DNA of 40,493 bases from Promethearchaeota archaeon (GTDB taxonomy: Archaea > Asgardarchaeota > Lokiarchaeia > Sigyniarchaeales > SOKP01). Under the pieces are notes generated by a model. That model searched no databases, was not told where the DNA came from, and saw only the letters and a program-made list of their open reading frames with translations. The stretch lies in the NCBI GenBank assembly GCA_004524535.1, contig SDNY01000018.1, forward strand, positions 1-40,493, read 5' to 3'. Both the position numbers and the translations under genes were made by a program. Shown here piece by piece: positions 10,630 to 20,394 of the stretch; within the stretch, counting starts at the first letter, position 1, and each line of letters starts with the position of its first letter.

Positions 10630-13600
10630 ATGCAAACAACTGAAAGCCTAAAAACCTTTCAAATACAACGTACCTGTGTTTATGACGGCCCCGGGATTAA
10701 TACCACATTGTTTTTCAAGGGGTGCAATTTGAGATGTTTATGGTGTCAAAATCCAGAAATGCAATCATTTCAGGGCGTCATGGCGTCTGATTGCAATTAT
10801 TCAATAGACGACATAATGGAAGTGGTTTCGAGAGATATTGATTATTTCCGCTCAACCAACGGTGGAGTGACGCTGAGCGGCGGGGAGCCTCTCTTACAAG
10901 ACCCGAATAGTCTAATAGATTTATTGAAATTATTAAAAAAAGAGAATATAAAGATAACCGCTGAAACATCGCTTCATGCGCCTTGGAAAAATATCAGTAA
11001 AATCGCACCTTACATAGATCTTTTTCTCGTTGATCTTAAGATTGTCGGTGACGACAAGCTCCATATAAAATACACAAAACAAGACAGCACCTTGATCCAT
11101 AGTAATATAAAGAAATTAATTGATTTAAACGCCAATATTAGATTTCGCATGGTGATGGTGCCGGGATTCACCGATAATGAAAGCAATATACAAAGAACTT
11201 CCGATTTTTTAAAATCAATCAATTATGACTCAATTGAATTAATGAAATACCAAAACTTGTATGAAGAGAAAGCCCAACGCCTTGGTCTAAATGTAGTTTC
11301 ATTAAATATCACCCCAGAACAAAGCCTTGAATCACTAAAGAATGGGGTAAAATTATTCAACTCTTATGGAATCAAGGCCGAAAACACGGATCTGGATTCT
11401 TCCAGACATCAAACCGTCTTTACTCAGCGCGTTAAAGAGATACAGAAAGATATAAGAGAGAGTAGGCTAGCTCTTTGTATAGAAGCAGCTAAACTTAAAA
11501 CAAAATATTATAAGAAGCATGGTTTTAAAAAACCGACCCCTATTCATAGAGCGGAACGCCTTTCATATGTTTTGCGAAATAAAAAAGTTATAATCTATCC
11601 CCGGGAGCTACTCGTTGGTAATTTTACATCCAAAAGAACCGCTGGCCAGCTTTGGGAAGAGTATGCTGGCACTTCGGCTATTATGTTTCTCTATAAAATA
11701 AATCGCCAAAAACCAGTTTCATTTCAAATTTCTCGTAAAGATAGGCTGTACTTTTATTTTCATTTATATCCTTTCTGGTCGAAACATAGCCTTTTAAAGA
11801 AGATATATCCAAAATTATCTAAATTTATCTTCTATCTGGGGCGAACTTCAGAGATGGATTCTGGATTTAATAATAATTTAGTATCGATAGCACATTTTAT
11901 TGCAAATTTTGAACCCATTCTTAATCTAGGAACCTCTGGTCTCATAGAAGAGATTAGAGCAAAGCAGAAAAAAAAGCCAGAGAATAATCAGGACTTTTAT
12001 AATGGTACTATAATTGCTCTAAAAGGATTGGAATCTTTTGCGCTGAAATATGCTGAAAAATTGTCGAGTTTGAGCAAGAAAGAAAAAGATCCGGAGCGCC
12101 GCAGGGAATTGGAAGAAATGGAAAGGATCTGTAGGCATGTTCCTATGTATCCCGCTCGCACATTTCATGAAGCTTTGCAATGTATATTGTTTATACAAAT
12201 AGCACTTTGCCTTGAATGTTTTGAAAATGCGATATCCTATGGACGTCTTGATCAGATATTATATACTTATTATAAGAAGGATAAAGAAGCAGGGTTAATT
12301 ACTTACGAAAAAGCAAAAGAACTTCTTTGTTTATTTATTCTCAAAATGGACGAAGTATTTTTTATAAATGATGGCAACTCATTTTTAAATCTTTATAAAA
12401 ATTTTGAGACACTCTCTACTGATCAGGCTTTGACTTTTGGCGGTGTTGACAAGGAAGGCAAGGATGCCACCAATGACATTACCTATATGCTGATTGATGC
12501 CTGTGAACTGCAACCACGCTGTATAGATATGGCAGCACGAGTTCATAAGAACAGTCCTGTTCAATATCTGGAAAGAATTGCAGAGGGATATATCAACGGA
12601 TGTCCTATACCACAATTATTCAGCGATGAGATTTACATAGAAACCATACAAAGACATTATCCTACTACTCTGGAACATGCAAGAAATTACGCAATAATAG
12701 GATGTGTTGAACCAAATGCTTCAGATGACCATTTTGGCAATACAGATTGTGCTAATATGAATCTCGCTCTTCCTTTCTTGCAGGCACTTAGAGGACATGA
12801 ACATGATTTATGGAACTATGAATTTCGTTTAGGATTGTTGCAATTAATAAAAAATTTTAATAAATATTTATATTCATACAAGAAAAATATAATTTCCAGA
12901 TACATTAATACTGTTTTTAACAAGATAATTAAAAGACGTAATATTAAGAAAGGTCTCTATATTTATAACCCACCATCCAGTATGGATGAATTGCTTGAAC
13001 GCTTCCAGACACGATTGAACCATCTGGCAAATTCAATATTGACTGATCACCAGAAAATTGAAAAAGAGCTTTGTAAAAATTTTACCACACCTCTTGCTTC
13101 CTCACTCTTTGATGGATGTATTGAAAGTGGAAAAGATGTATACGAAGGCGGTACAACGATTAACAGCAGCGGTATTCAAGCACTAGGGGTCACGGATGTT
13201 GCAGATTCGCTACATGCTATCAATGAGGTTGTATTCAAGAAAAAACTTTATAGTATTAATGATATCATTAATGCCATTGAAAAAAATTTCCAAGGAGACT
13301 ATAACCAGAATATCCGGTCTGCATTGCTCGCGGTACCGAAATTCGGGGATGATTCATCTCGTGCAGCTACAGAATGGGTGAGCAAGGTAATGGAGATTTA
13401 TAACAATGCCCTGGACTCTGTGAAGAATTGTCCGCGTAACGGCAGATATTCAGCTGGGTATTATGCCTTGAATGTCTGCACTAGTTATGGTAAAAATACC
13501 CCAGCCCTACCTTCGGGAAGATTAAAAGGCGTCCCTCTTGCCAACAGTGTTATTCCGCATTATGGAATGGAACAATCGGATCTATTTTCAGCCCTGAATT

Positions 13601-13908
13601 CTATCGCTGGTGTTAATTTTACGGATCATGCTGAGAATGGCACAACGGTTACGTTTACTATTGATTCCTCATTATTTCAGGGCAAAGAGGGTGTAAAAAA
13701 TCTGGCAAGTATAATCAAAACATTTCTTACAAAAGGGGGAATGGAACTTCAACCTAATGTCATTAACCGTGAAATATTACTGGATGCCTATAAAAATCCA
13801 GAAAAACACCCCTACCTTTTGGTTCGTATTGCCGGTTACTGCGCATACTTTAATGAGCTTTCTGATGAGATGAAACAGATTATTATCAATAGGACCTGTT
13901 ATTCCTAA
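10630..13908 (+). CDS. fused glycyl-radical activating enzyme (radical SAM) and PFL2-like glycyl radical enzyme
   Basis: N-terminal DGPGI.T.LFFKGCNLRCLWCQNPE and GGVTLSGGEPL; C-terminal part with Cys loop IGCVEP and Gly-radical loop LLVRIAGYC; no stop between the domains. Confidence 0.9.
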   Translation: MQTTESLKTFQIQRTCVYDGPGINTTLFFKGCNLRCLWCQNPEMQSFQGVMASDCNYSIDDIMEVVSRDIDYFRSTNGGVTLSGGEPLLQDPNSLIDLLKLLKKENIKITAETSLHAPWKNISKIAPYIDLFLVDLKIVGDDKLHIKYTKQDSTLIHSNIKKLIDLNANIRFRMVMVPGFTDNESNIQRTSDFLKSINYDSIELMKYQNLYEEKAQRLGLNVVSLNITPEQSLESLKNGVKLFNSYGIKAENTDLDSSRHQTVFTQRVKEIQKDIRESRLALCIEAAKLKTKYYKKHGFKKPTPIHRAERLSYVLRNKKVIIYPRELLVGNFTSKRTAGQLWEEYAGTSAIMFLYKINRQKPVSFQISRKDRLYFYFHLYPFWSKHSLLKKIYPKLSKFIFYLGRTSEMDSGFNNNLVSIAHFIANFEPILNLGTSGLIEEIRAKQKKKPENNQDFYNGTIIALKGLESFALKYAEKLSSLSKKEKDPERRRELEEMERICRHVPMYPARTFHEALQCILFIQIALCLECFENAISYGRLDQILYTYYKKDKEAGLITYEKAKELLCLFILKMDEVFFINDGNSFLNLYKNFETLSTDQALTFGGVDKEGKDATNDITYMLIDACELQPRCIDMAARVHKNSPVQYLERIAEGYINGCPIPQLFSDEIYIETIQRHYPTTLEHARNYAIIGCVEPNASDDHFGNTDCANMNLALPFLQALRGHEHDLWNYEFRLGLLQLIKNFNKYLYSYKKNIISRYINTVFNKIIKRRNIKKGLYIYNPPSSMDELLERFQTRLNHLANSILTDHQKIEKELCKNFTTPLASSLFDGCIESGKDVYEGGTTINSSGIQALGVTDVADSLHAINEVVFKKKLYSINDIINAIEKNFQGDYNQNIRSALLAVPKFGDDSSRAATEWVSKVMEIYNNALDSVKNCPRNGRYSAGYYALNVCTSYGKNTPALPSGRLKGVPLANSVIPHYGMEQSDLFSALNSIAGVNFTDHAENGTTVTFTIDSSLFQGKEGVKNLASIIKTFLTKGGMELQPNVINREILLDAYKNPEKHPYLLVRIAGYCAYFNELSDEMKQIIINRTCYS

Positions 13909-14054
13909 AACTATGTTTCTCTTTTGATAAAAATTTTGATTTTAAATATAAAAGCGCAAATTGTTATATTAGGAATAATAATAATAGTTTTAGGAAATGT
14001 TTTATTTTATTTCTTAGTAGTCATCTATATTTCAAGATTATACTTTAATGAAAC

Positions 14055-17018
14055 TTGATTAAAATGCCTTCTAATGACCTTGAGACACAGCTTAAAAACA
14101 GCAAAACAGATAAAGAGCTGAAAAGCGTCTTCAAAAAAATCGCTTCAAAAGAACCCGAGAAATATTTTCCTACTGAAGAGCTCAAAAAACTTGGATATAT
14201 GAGAAAATTGTGTAAGTGCGGGACCTATTTTTGGACTGTTCATAATGATAGAGAAGTTTGTGGAGACCCAGCTTGTTCAGGAGGATTTCAAGTTGTTATA
14301 GATAATCCATCAGCAATAAAACTATCATTTATCGATGTTTGGAATAAAATTGTTGAAATTTTAGAGCCAAGAGGATATCAACCAATAAAAAGGTATCCCT
14401 GTGTAGCAAGGTGGAATCCCACATCTGAGTTTACTATAGCCTCAATTTCAGCATTTCAGCCATACGTCATAACAGGTGAGGTAGAACCACCAGCAAAAAA
14501 ATTATTAATCCCTCAGTTCTGTTTGAGATTTAATGACATCGAGAATGTAGGGGTTACTGGAAGTCATAACACTGGTTTTGTAATGATTGGACAGCATACG
14601 TTTGTTTCACCCGAAGAATGGGATCAAGATCAGCTTTTTATGGATATGCATGATTTTATCCATAAAGGGGTTGGTCTTGCGAAGGAAGAGATTACTATTC
14701 ATGAAGACAGTTGGGCAGGTGGAGGCTCTTTTGGATGTAGTCTTGAATTCTTTAGTAGAGGTGTTGAACTTTTTAATCAAGTTTATACTATGTTTGAACA
14801 AACCCCTGAAGGACCACGTGAATTACAGCTTAAAGTCTTAGATATGGGCCTTGGACAAGAACGAGTTGCATGGTTTTCACAGGGTACTCCTAATATGTAT
14901 GAAGCAATTTTTCCTCATGTCCTATCAAAATTAAGAGAAATCACAAAAATCGAATTAGATTTAGAGCTATATAATAAATTCTCTCAATATTCTGCGTATT
15001 TAAATATCGACGAAGTTGATGATATGGATGTTGCTTGGAATCGCGTTGCCAATGAATTAAAAATAGATGTTAAAGTTTTAAAAGAAAAAATATTACCAAT
15101 GACCGGATTATATTCAATTGCTGAGCACGCTCGAACTTTATTGTTTGCAATTAATGATGGTAAACTTCCCTCAAATGTAGGTGGTGGTTATAATTTAAGA
15201 GTAATCTTTAGGCGTGCCATAAGCTTTATTGACAAATTTGATTGGAATATTGATATGGCGGATGTATGCTCTTGGCACGCTGAAGAATTAAAAGATCTAT
15301 TTCCTGAAGTTTCTGAACATCTTGAAGAAATTAGAGAAATATTAGATGTTGAAAAGAAAAAATATTATGCTACTAAGAAGAAAGCTGGAAAAATTATAGA
15401 AAATATCATTAAAAAAGGTGATATTACCACAGAAACTTTGATTGAATTATATGATTCTAATGGAATTAACCCAGACATGGTTAAAGACGCAGCTAAAAAA
15501 TATGGCAAAAAAGTGAAAATTCCAGATGATTTCTATTCTTTAGTTGTCGAAAGACATGAAAAAATTGAACAAATTCATGCAACTGAAAGAGAAATTGAAT
15601 TAGATTTAACTGGTATCCCTGAAACCGAATCACTATATTATTACGATTACACGAAAATATCAAATGAGGCAAACGTATTGAAAATCTTAGGTAATATGGT
15701 GGTTTTAGATAAATCAGTAGCATATCCCACTTCCGGAGGACAGCTGCATGATATTGGTATGATTAATAAACAAAAATTTAGCGATGTTTTCAAACAAGGG
15801 AATTACATAATTCATGTTTTAGATGAAAAACCAAAATTCAAAGAAGGAGATATTGTAAAAATAGAAGTTGATAAAGAATGGCGTAGGCAACTCTCTCAAC
15901 ATCATACAGCAACTCACATTGTTAATGCAGCTGCTCGAGATGTTTTGGGTAGCCATGTTAATCAGGCTGGTGCTAAAAAAACGCTTAAAAGTTCTCATTT
16001 AGATATCACTCATTTTGAACAAATTCCACGTGAAAAACTTAAGGAAATTGAAAGAAGAGCGAATGAAATTGTTGATCATGGAATTGAGCTATATCTTGAT
16101 TTTATCCCAAGAACAGAAGCGGAAAAAAGATATGGAATGACAATATATCAAGGAGGAGCTGTTCCTGGTAAGAATATTCGAATAGTGGAAGTTCCAGGTG
16201 TAGATGTAGAGGCATGCGGAGGTACGCATTTAAATAATACAAGTGAAACTGGAAGAATTAAAATTGTAAAATCACAAAAAATCCAAGATGGAGTAGTAAG
16301 ATTAAAATTCACTGCTGGAAAAGCTACTGACAGAATTAAAAAGAGAAATGCTCAAATTTTAAGTGAATTAAAAACACTTACAAAAGTTGAGTCAGAGAAG
16401 ATGGTAGGAAGAGTGAAGGAGCTTTTTGAAAAATCTAAAAACCTCAACAAAGCTTTAAGGACTGGCAAGGTGGATGAGATAGATTTGGAATTAATCTCTG
16501 ATGAAGTTTTTAAGGGAGATGTCTTAACTGAAATTTCACACTTTCTCAACATTAGTAAATACCAAATTCCCTCAAAAGTAGAAAAGCTATATATAGAGTG
16601 GAATGACGCTAGGGGGAAGATTGAACAGATAACGAAGCTTTTTAGTGATGAAAATATAAAAAATCTGATAAATAATGTTCGTGAATTCAATAATTTTAAA
16701 TTGGTTATTGAAACCTTTGAAAATCTTGATCAAAACGACCTAAAGAATTTTGGAGTTAAAATATTGAAAGATAAAAATGATTTAATAATTATATTTTTAA
16801 ATAAGACCCAAAATGGAATATCAATTATGGGAATGTTGGGAGTACGTCCCTCAGAGAAATTGGAGTTTAATATGGGTAATTTTGTTAGCAAATGTGTATC
16901 TCAATTTGGTGGAAAAGGTGGAGGCAGGAAAGATTTTGGACAGGGCTTCATCTCTAGAAATGATTTAAAAGTAGATGATATAATAAATTATATCAAAAAA
17001 CAACTTTTTGAGAGTTAA
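14055..17018 (+). CDS. alaS: alanyl-tRNA synthetase, archaeal type; start may be ATG at 14064
   Basis: C.CG..FW....R..CGD..C Zn motif, RYP.VARW, ASI..FQP, DMGLGQER, editing HHTATH / EACGGTH, C-Ala GGKGGG. Confidence 0.97.
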   Translation: MIKMPSNDLETQLKNSKTDKELKSVFKKIASKEPEKYFPTEELKKLGYMRKLCKCGTYFWTVHNDREVCGDPACSGGFQVVIDNPSAIKLSFIDVWNKIVEILEPRGYQPIKRYPCVARWNPTSEFTIASISAFQPYVITGEVEPPAKKLLIPQFCLRFNDIENVGVTGSHNTGFVMIGQHTFVSPEEWDQDQLFMDMHDFIHKGVGLAKEEITIHEDSWAGGGSFGCSLEFFSRGVELFNQVYTMFEQTPEGPRELQLKVLDMGLGQERVAWFSQGTPNMYEAIFPHVLSKLREITKIELDLELYNKFSQYSAYLNIDEVDDMDVAWNRVANELKIDVKVLKEKILPMTGLYSIAEHARTLLFAINDGKLPSNVGGGYNLRVIFRRAISFIDKFDWNIDMADVCSWHAEELKDLFPEVSEHLEEIREILDVEKKKYYATKKKAGKIIENIIKKGDITTETLIELYDSNGINPDMVKDAAKKYGKKVKIPDDFYSLVVERHEKIEQIHATEREIELDLTGIPETESLYYYDYTKISNEANVLKILGNMVVLDKSVAYPTSGGQLHDIGMINKQKFSDVFKQGNYIIHVLDEKPKFKEGDIVKIEVDKEWRRQLSQHHTATHIVNAAARDVLGSHVNQAGAKKTLKSSHLDITHFEQIPREKLKEIERRANEIVDHGIELYLDFIPRTEAEKRYGMTIYQGGAVPGKNIRIVEVPGVDVEACGGTHLNNTSETGRIKIVKSQKIQDGVVRLKFTAGKATDRIKKRNAQILSELKTLTKVESEKMVGRVKELFEKSKNLNKALRTGKVDEIDLELISDEVFKGDVLTEISHFLNISKYQIPSKVEKLYIEWNDARGKIEQITKLFSDENIKNLINNVREFNNFKLVIETFENLDQNDLKNFGVKILKDKNDLIIIFLNKTQNGISIMGMLGVRPSEKLEFNMGNFVSKCVSQFGGKGGGRKDFGQGFISRNDLKVDDIINYIKKQLFES

Positions 17019-17218
17019 TATTATTTTTGAACGAAGAAATAATAGGTTAAAATATAAATAGATCATATCTTATTTATATAGAATTAATTTTCTTAATCTT
17101 ATTTTATGCCAAATCGTTTTCATTCAAGTAATTTCTCCTATATAGAACTATATAGACATTATATTTTATAAAGAAACTACTTAAAACTGTTTAATTATGA
17201 TAGTTACTTAGATAGAAA

Positions 17219-17386
17219 ATGATAAATGACGAAGAATTAATTCTTTTCCTATTAAAAGAAAGAGAAGAATTTGTAAGACTTAATGATTATATTTCTGAAA
17301 AGAAGCTCAAAAAACCTGTTAATAAAATTATAAAAAGAATAAATCGAAAGTTAGGAAGAGCTTTTAAGAGAATCTTCGTCAAATGA
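17219..17386 (+). CDS. small basic helical protein, 55 aa, absent from the ORF track
   Basis: ATG...TGA: MINDEELILFLLKEREEFVRLNDYISEKKLKKPVNKIIKRINRKLGRAFKRIFVK; ends 13 nt before the next ORF on the same strand. Confidence 0.5.
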   Translation: MINDEELILFLLKEREEFVRLNDYISEKKLKKPVNKIIKRINRKLGRAFKRIFVK

Positions 17387-17399
17387 ATAAAATTGAAAT

Positions 17400-18125
17400 G
17401 TGAATGAGTTTAAAATGGAAGAATTAATAAAAGAACAAGATTATAATGAAATATTAGAAAATATAAAAGCGCCTCCTCAATCAAAATCACCCAAGAGTTA
17501 TAATATTAAAACTCTAGTTTTTGATTTAGGAGGGGTTTATTTTACTGCTGGGACTCCCATTGCTATAAAAAAAATAGAGAGTCTATATGGTATTCAAGAT
17601 AAAAGATTACTAAAATATCTCTTTAGTTCAGATACTGATTCTATTGGATCTCAGGTAAGACTAGGATTAATTACAATTGATGAATTTGAAACTCAATTTA
17701 GATCCAAACTTAGAATTCCTAAATCTAAAAATCATAGTATTTGGCAATTTTGGTTTAATTCATATGTTCCAAATCCTAACATGCCCGAATTAATTCAAAA
17801 ACTGTCTAAATCTGGAAAATATAGAATGGTGATTTTTAGTGGAAATGTCAGAGAGAGGATTGAATTTTTAGATAAAAAATATGACTTTTTAAAATATTTT
17901 GATGATACTGTATTTAGCTTCGATTATCAATATAATAAAAGACATATTGAGTTTTATCATGAATTATTAGACCATATTAATTGTAAACCTAAGCAGGCAT
18001 TAATTATTGATGATCATAGATCCGTTTTAGAAAACGGTCAATCTTTAGGTCTTAATGGCATCCAATATTCTTATACAGAGCAACTTATCGAAGATTTTGA
18101 AAAGTTAAATGTCTTAGTTGAATAA
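17400..18125 (+). CDS. HAD-family phosphatase (YihX-like); start may be ATG at 17415
   Basis: VFDLGGV motif I; IIDD...LG in motif IV region. Confidence 0.8.
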   Translation: MNEFKMEELIKEQDYNEILENIKAPPQSKSPKSYNIKTLVFDLGGVYFTAGTPIAIKKIESLYGIQDKRLLKYLFSSDTDSIGSQVRLGLITIDEFETQFRSKLRIPKSKNHSIWQFWFNSYVPNPNMPELIQKLSKSGKYRMVIFSGNVRERIEFLDKKYDFLKYFDDTVFSFDYQYNKRHIEFYHELLDHINCKPKQALIIDDHRSVLENGQSLGLNGIQYSYTEQLIEDFEKLNVLVE

Positions 18126-18200
18126 AATTTATTTTAATTCATAAAAGTTAATTTAATCAAATTTTTTTACTATTTTTTTAATCAGCAACTAAAGTTTTTA

Positions 18201-18641
18201 ATGCATATAATCTATAATTTATTTATGCCTAGACCAATATGTCCACTTCTTACAGTCGATGCTGTTATTTTATATGAAAAAGATAAATTAGTTTTAATAA
18301 AGCGAAAAAATCCTCCATTTCAAGGGGAATATGCGCTCCCAGGAGGATTTGTAGATATTGGAGAAACTGTAGAAGACGCATGTATCAGAGAAGCTAAAGA
18401 AGAAACGAATATAAACGTCAAAATAACAAGATTAATTGGAGTATATTCGAATCCAGCAAGAGACCCAAGAGGCCATGTAGTTTCAATAGCATATCTATGT
18501 GAACCCAAGACAAAAAAAGAGAAACCAAAGGCTCAGGATGATGCTATGTCTTTGGAAATTGTCCCGTTTTCAAAAGTTCCTTCTTTAAAATTAGCTTTTG
18601 ATCATATGGAGATTTTAAAAGATTCCGGTATTATCTTATAA
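18201..18641 (+). CDS. NUDIX hydrolase (ADP-ribose pyrophosphatase-like); start likely 18225
   Basis: Nudix box PGGFVDIGETVEDACIREAKEETN; RDPRGH; LAFDH. Confidence 0.92.
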   Translation: MHIIYNLFMPRPICPLLTVDAVILYEKDKLVLIKRKNPPFQGEYALPGGFVDIGETVEDACIREAKEETNINVKITRLIGVYSNPARDPRGHVVSIAYLCEPKTKKEKPKAQDDAMSLEIVPFSKVPSLKLAFDHMEILKDSGIIL

Positions 18642-19412
18642 TTTCTCCATCGAAAAAATCATTTTGAAACAGGAACAGCACGGAATTCCTACAATCATCT
18701 TATATCTCTTATTAAAATCCATTGATTTTTTCACTATTTTCAATAGATTTTCTTTTATCCTCATCATATCCTGATTTTTACTGAAATAGAATTGTTTTAA
18801 CTCTTTAAAATGATTTTTACGATTACAAATAGGGCATACTGAAAATAATTCGAGAAAAGTTTCGAAATCATAATCGTACTCAGTTAATGGAATACTAAGC
18901 TGATAAATGTGAGGAAATTTTATACTTTCTAATAAATGTTTAAATATCTCTATATGATTCTTTTCTTCAATTGTCGTAAAAAAAATCCCATTTAGCTGAT
19001 TTTTTTTAACGTATTCGTTAATTTCGTTATTTGGCACAGTCTGATCATTTCGATCACGTTTAGTGCCTATTAAAATAATTGGAATGCAACCTGCCATTTT
19101 TCTTATAATTTGAATCCAGTAATTCAATTCGTTAAAAGAATTACGATCAGTTATATCGAAACAAACTAGAGCTCCTTTAGCTCCTTTACAAAAGCTCGGA
19201 TATAGGCTTTTTAATACGGAATTCACTTTTAAATCCCATATCTGTAGCAGACAGGAGTCTTCATTATTTATCAGACAATCTACTAATTTGAAGGAGACCC
19301 CTATCTGAAGATACTCACTATCATTAAAAGGATAAGACAATCCGTTTAAAAACGAGGTTTTTCCTGAGCCAGAAGCTCCCGCTATAATAATTTTAAATAC
19401 ACTATTCTTCAA
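18636..19412 (-). CDS. Rab-like small GTPase with degenerate G3 and C-terminal Zn finger
   Basis: FKIIIAGASGSGKTS, LQIWD, FDIT.RNSF, LIGTKRD; C-terminal CPIC...CCSC. Confidence 0.8.
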   Translation of the reverse strand: MKNSVFKIIIAGASGSGKTSFLNGLSYPFNDSEYLQIGVSFKLVDCLINNEDSCLLQIWDLKVNSVLKSLYPSFCKGAKGALVCFDITDRNSFNELNYWIQIIRKMAGCIPIILIGTKRDRNDQTVPNNEINEYVKKNQLNGIFFTTIEEKNHIEIFKHLLESIKFPHIYQLSIPLTEYDYDFETFLELFSVCPICNRKNHFKELKQFYFSKNQDMMRIKENLLKIVKKSMDFNKRYKMIVGIPCCSCFKMIFSMEKL

Positions 19413-19523
19413 ATTTTCACTTTTATCCTTTTTATTCCAAATATAACATTTATTTAATCTAATTTAAAAATATTTTAATTATTCTTTTTTACTATACCCG
19501 CAACGAATTAATTATATGACTTC

Positions 19524-19904
19524 TTATTTGATTTCATATAAATTTCCAAACGAATCCTTAACAAAAGAATAATATCCTTCCCCATCTTTCCGTTGGACTT
19601 TTATCGTTTTAAATCCCATTGACGATGATTTCTTTATGAAAGCCTCTCTATTCTCTACTATTAAGCAGGAATGCGTAAAAACATCAATAGCTTTACTATT
19701 TTCATTTGAAATGATTACCTCGACTCCTAAATTATCGTTTTGATATCTTACAAAATTATGTTCTTTATTTATTCCGAAAAATTGTTCCATTAATTCTGCT
19801 GAAACTGTGAAAGTTTTGCTCTTTTTTAGGCCTAATAATTCCATAAAAAATCTATCGCTAGCTTCAATCGAGTTTGATGCTACTGCTATATGATCAATTT
19901 TCAT
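19524..19904 (-). CDS. VOC/glyoxalase family protein
   Basis: IDHIAVAS..IEAS.RFF..LLGL; FVKDSFGNLYEI. Confidence 0.85.
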   Translation of the reverse strand: MKIDHIAVASNSIEASDRFFMELLGLKKSKTFTVSAELMEQFFGINKEHNFVRYQNDNLGVEVIISNENSKAIDVFTHSCLIVENREAFIKKSSSMGFKTIKVQRKDGEGYYSFVKDSFGNLYEIK

Positions 19905-20021
19905 TATTTTAAAAACACCAACATCTTTTAGATTTAAAAAATAATTTAATCTAAATAAATTAAATAATTTTAATCTGAATAAAAACTCATATATAAAACA
20001 ATAAGAAAAGTAAATTATTTT

Positions 20022-20381
20022 ATGGAAAATAGAGAAAAATTGAGAATTTTTGCTGGTATTTTATTAATAATTTCTACAATAACCCATGTTTCCCAAATAT
20101 TTTTTTATGGAACTGATTGGCATACAATTGGTGCTGCCATTTATGGTTCAGTTTATGCTGTGCTTGGAATTTTACTAATATATTACAGAGAAAAAAAGAT
20201 TGTTGATTTGTTATGCATAATCATTCTCACAATTGGTGGAACCTTAGGATTAATTAGATTTATAATCGTTTTAACAACAGAAAATATTTTTAATGTGTTA
20301 AATCTCTTCCATGTAATTGTAGATATTATCGTAGTACCTATCTGTATTTATTCTTATTTAATATTAAGGGAAAAAGATTAA
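20022..20381 (+). CDS. small 4-TM membrane protein
   Basis: Four hydrophobic segments; 13 nt upstream of the sulfatase. Confidence 0.7.
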   Translation: MENREKLRIFAGILLIISTITHVSQIFFYGTDWHTIGAAIYGSVYAVLGILLIYYREKKIVDLLCIIILTIGGTLGLIRFIIVLTTENIFNVLNLFHVIVDIIVVPICIYSYLILREKD

Positions 20382-20394
20382 GGAAATAATTATT

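Noticed and set aside
19927-19955. TTTAGATT...AATCTAAA inverted repeat between divergent genes
   Set aside because: 8-bp arms in very AT-rich DNA are expected by chance
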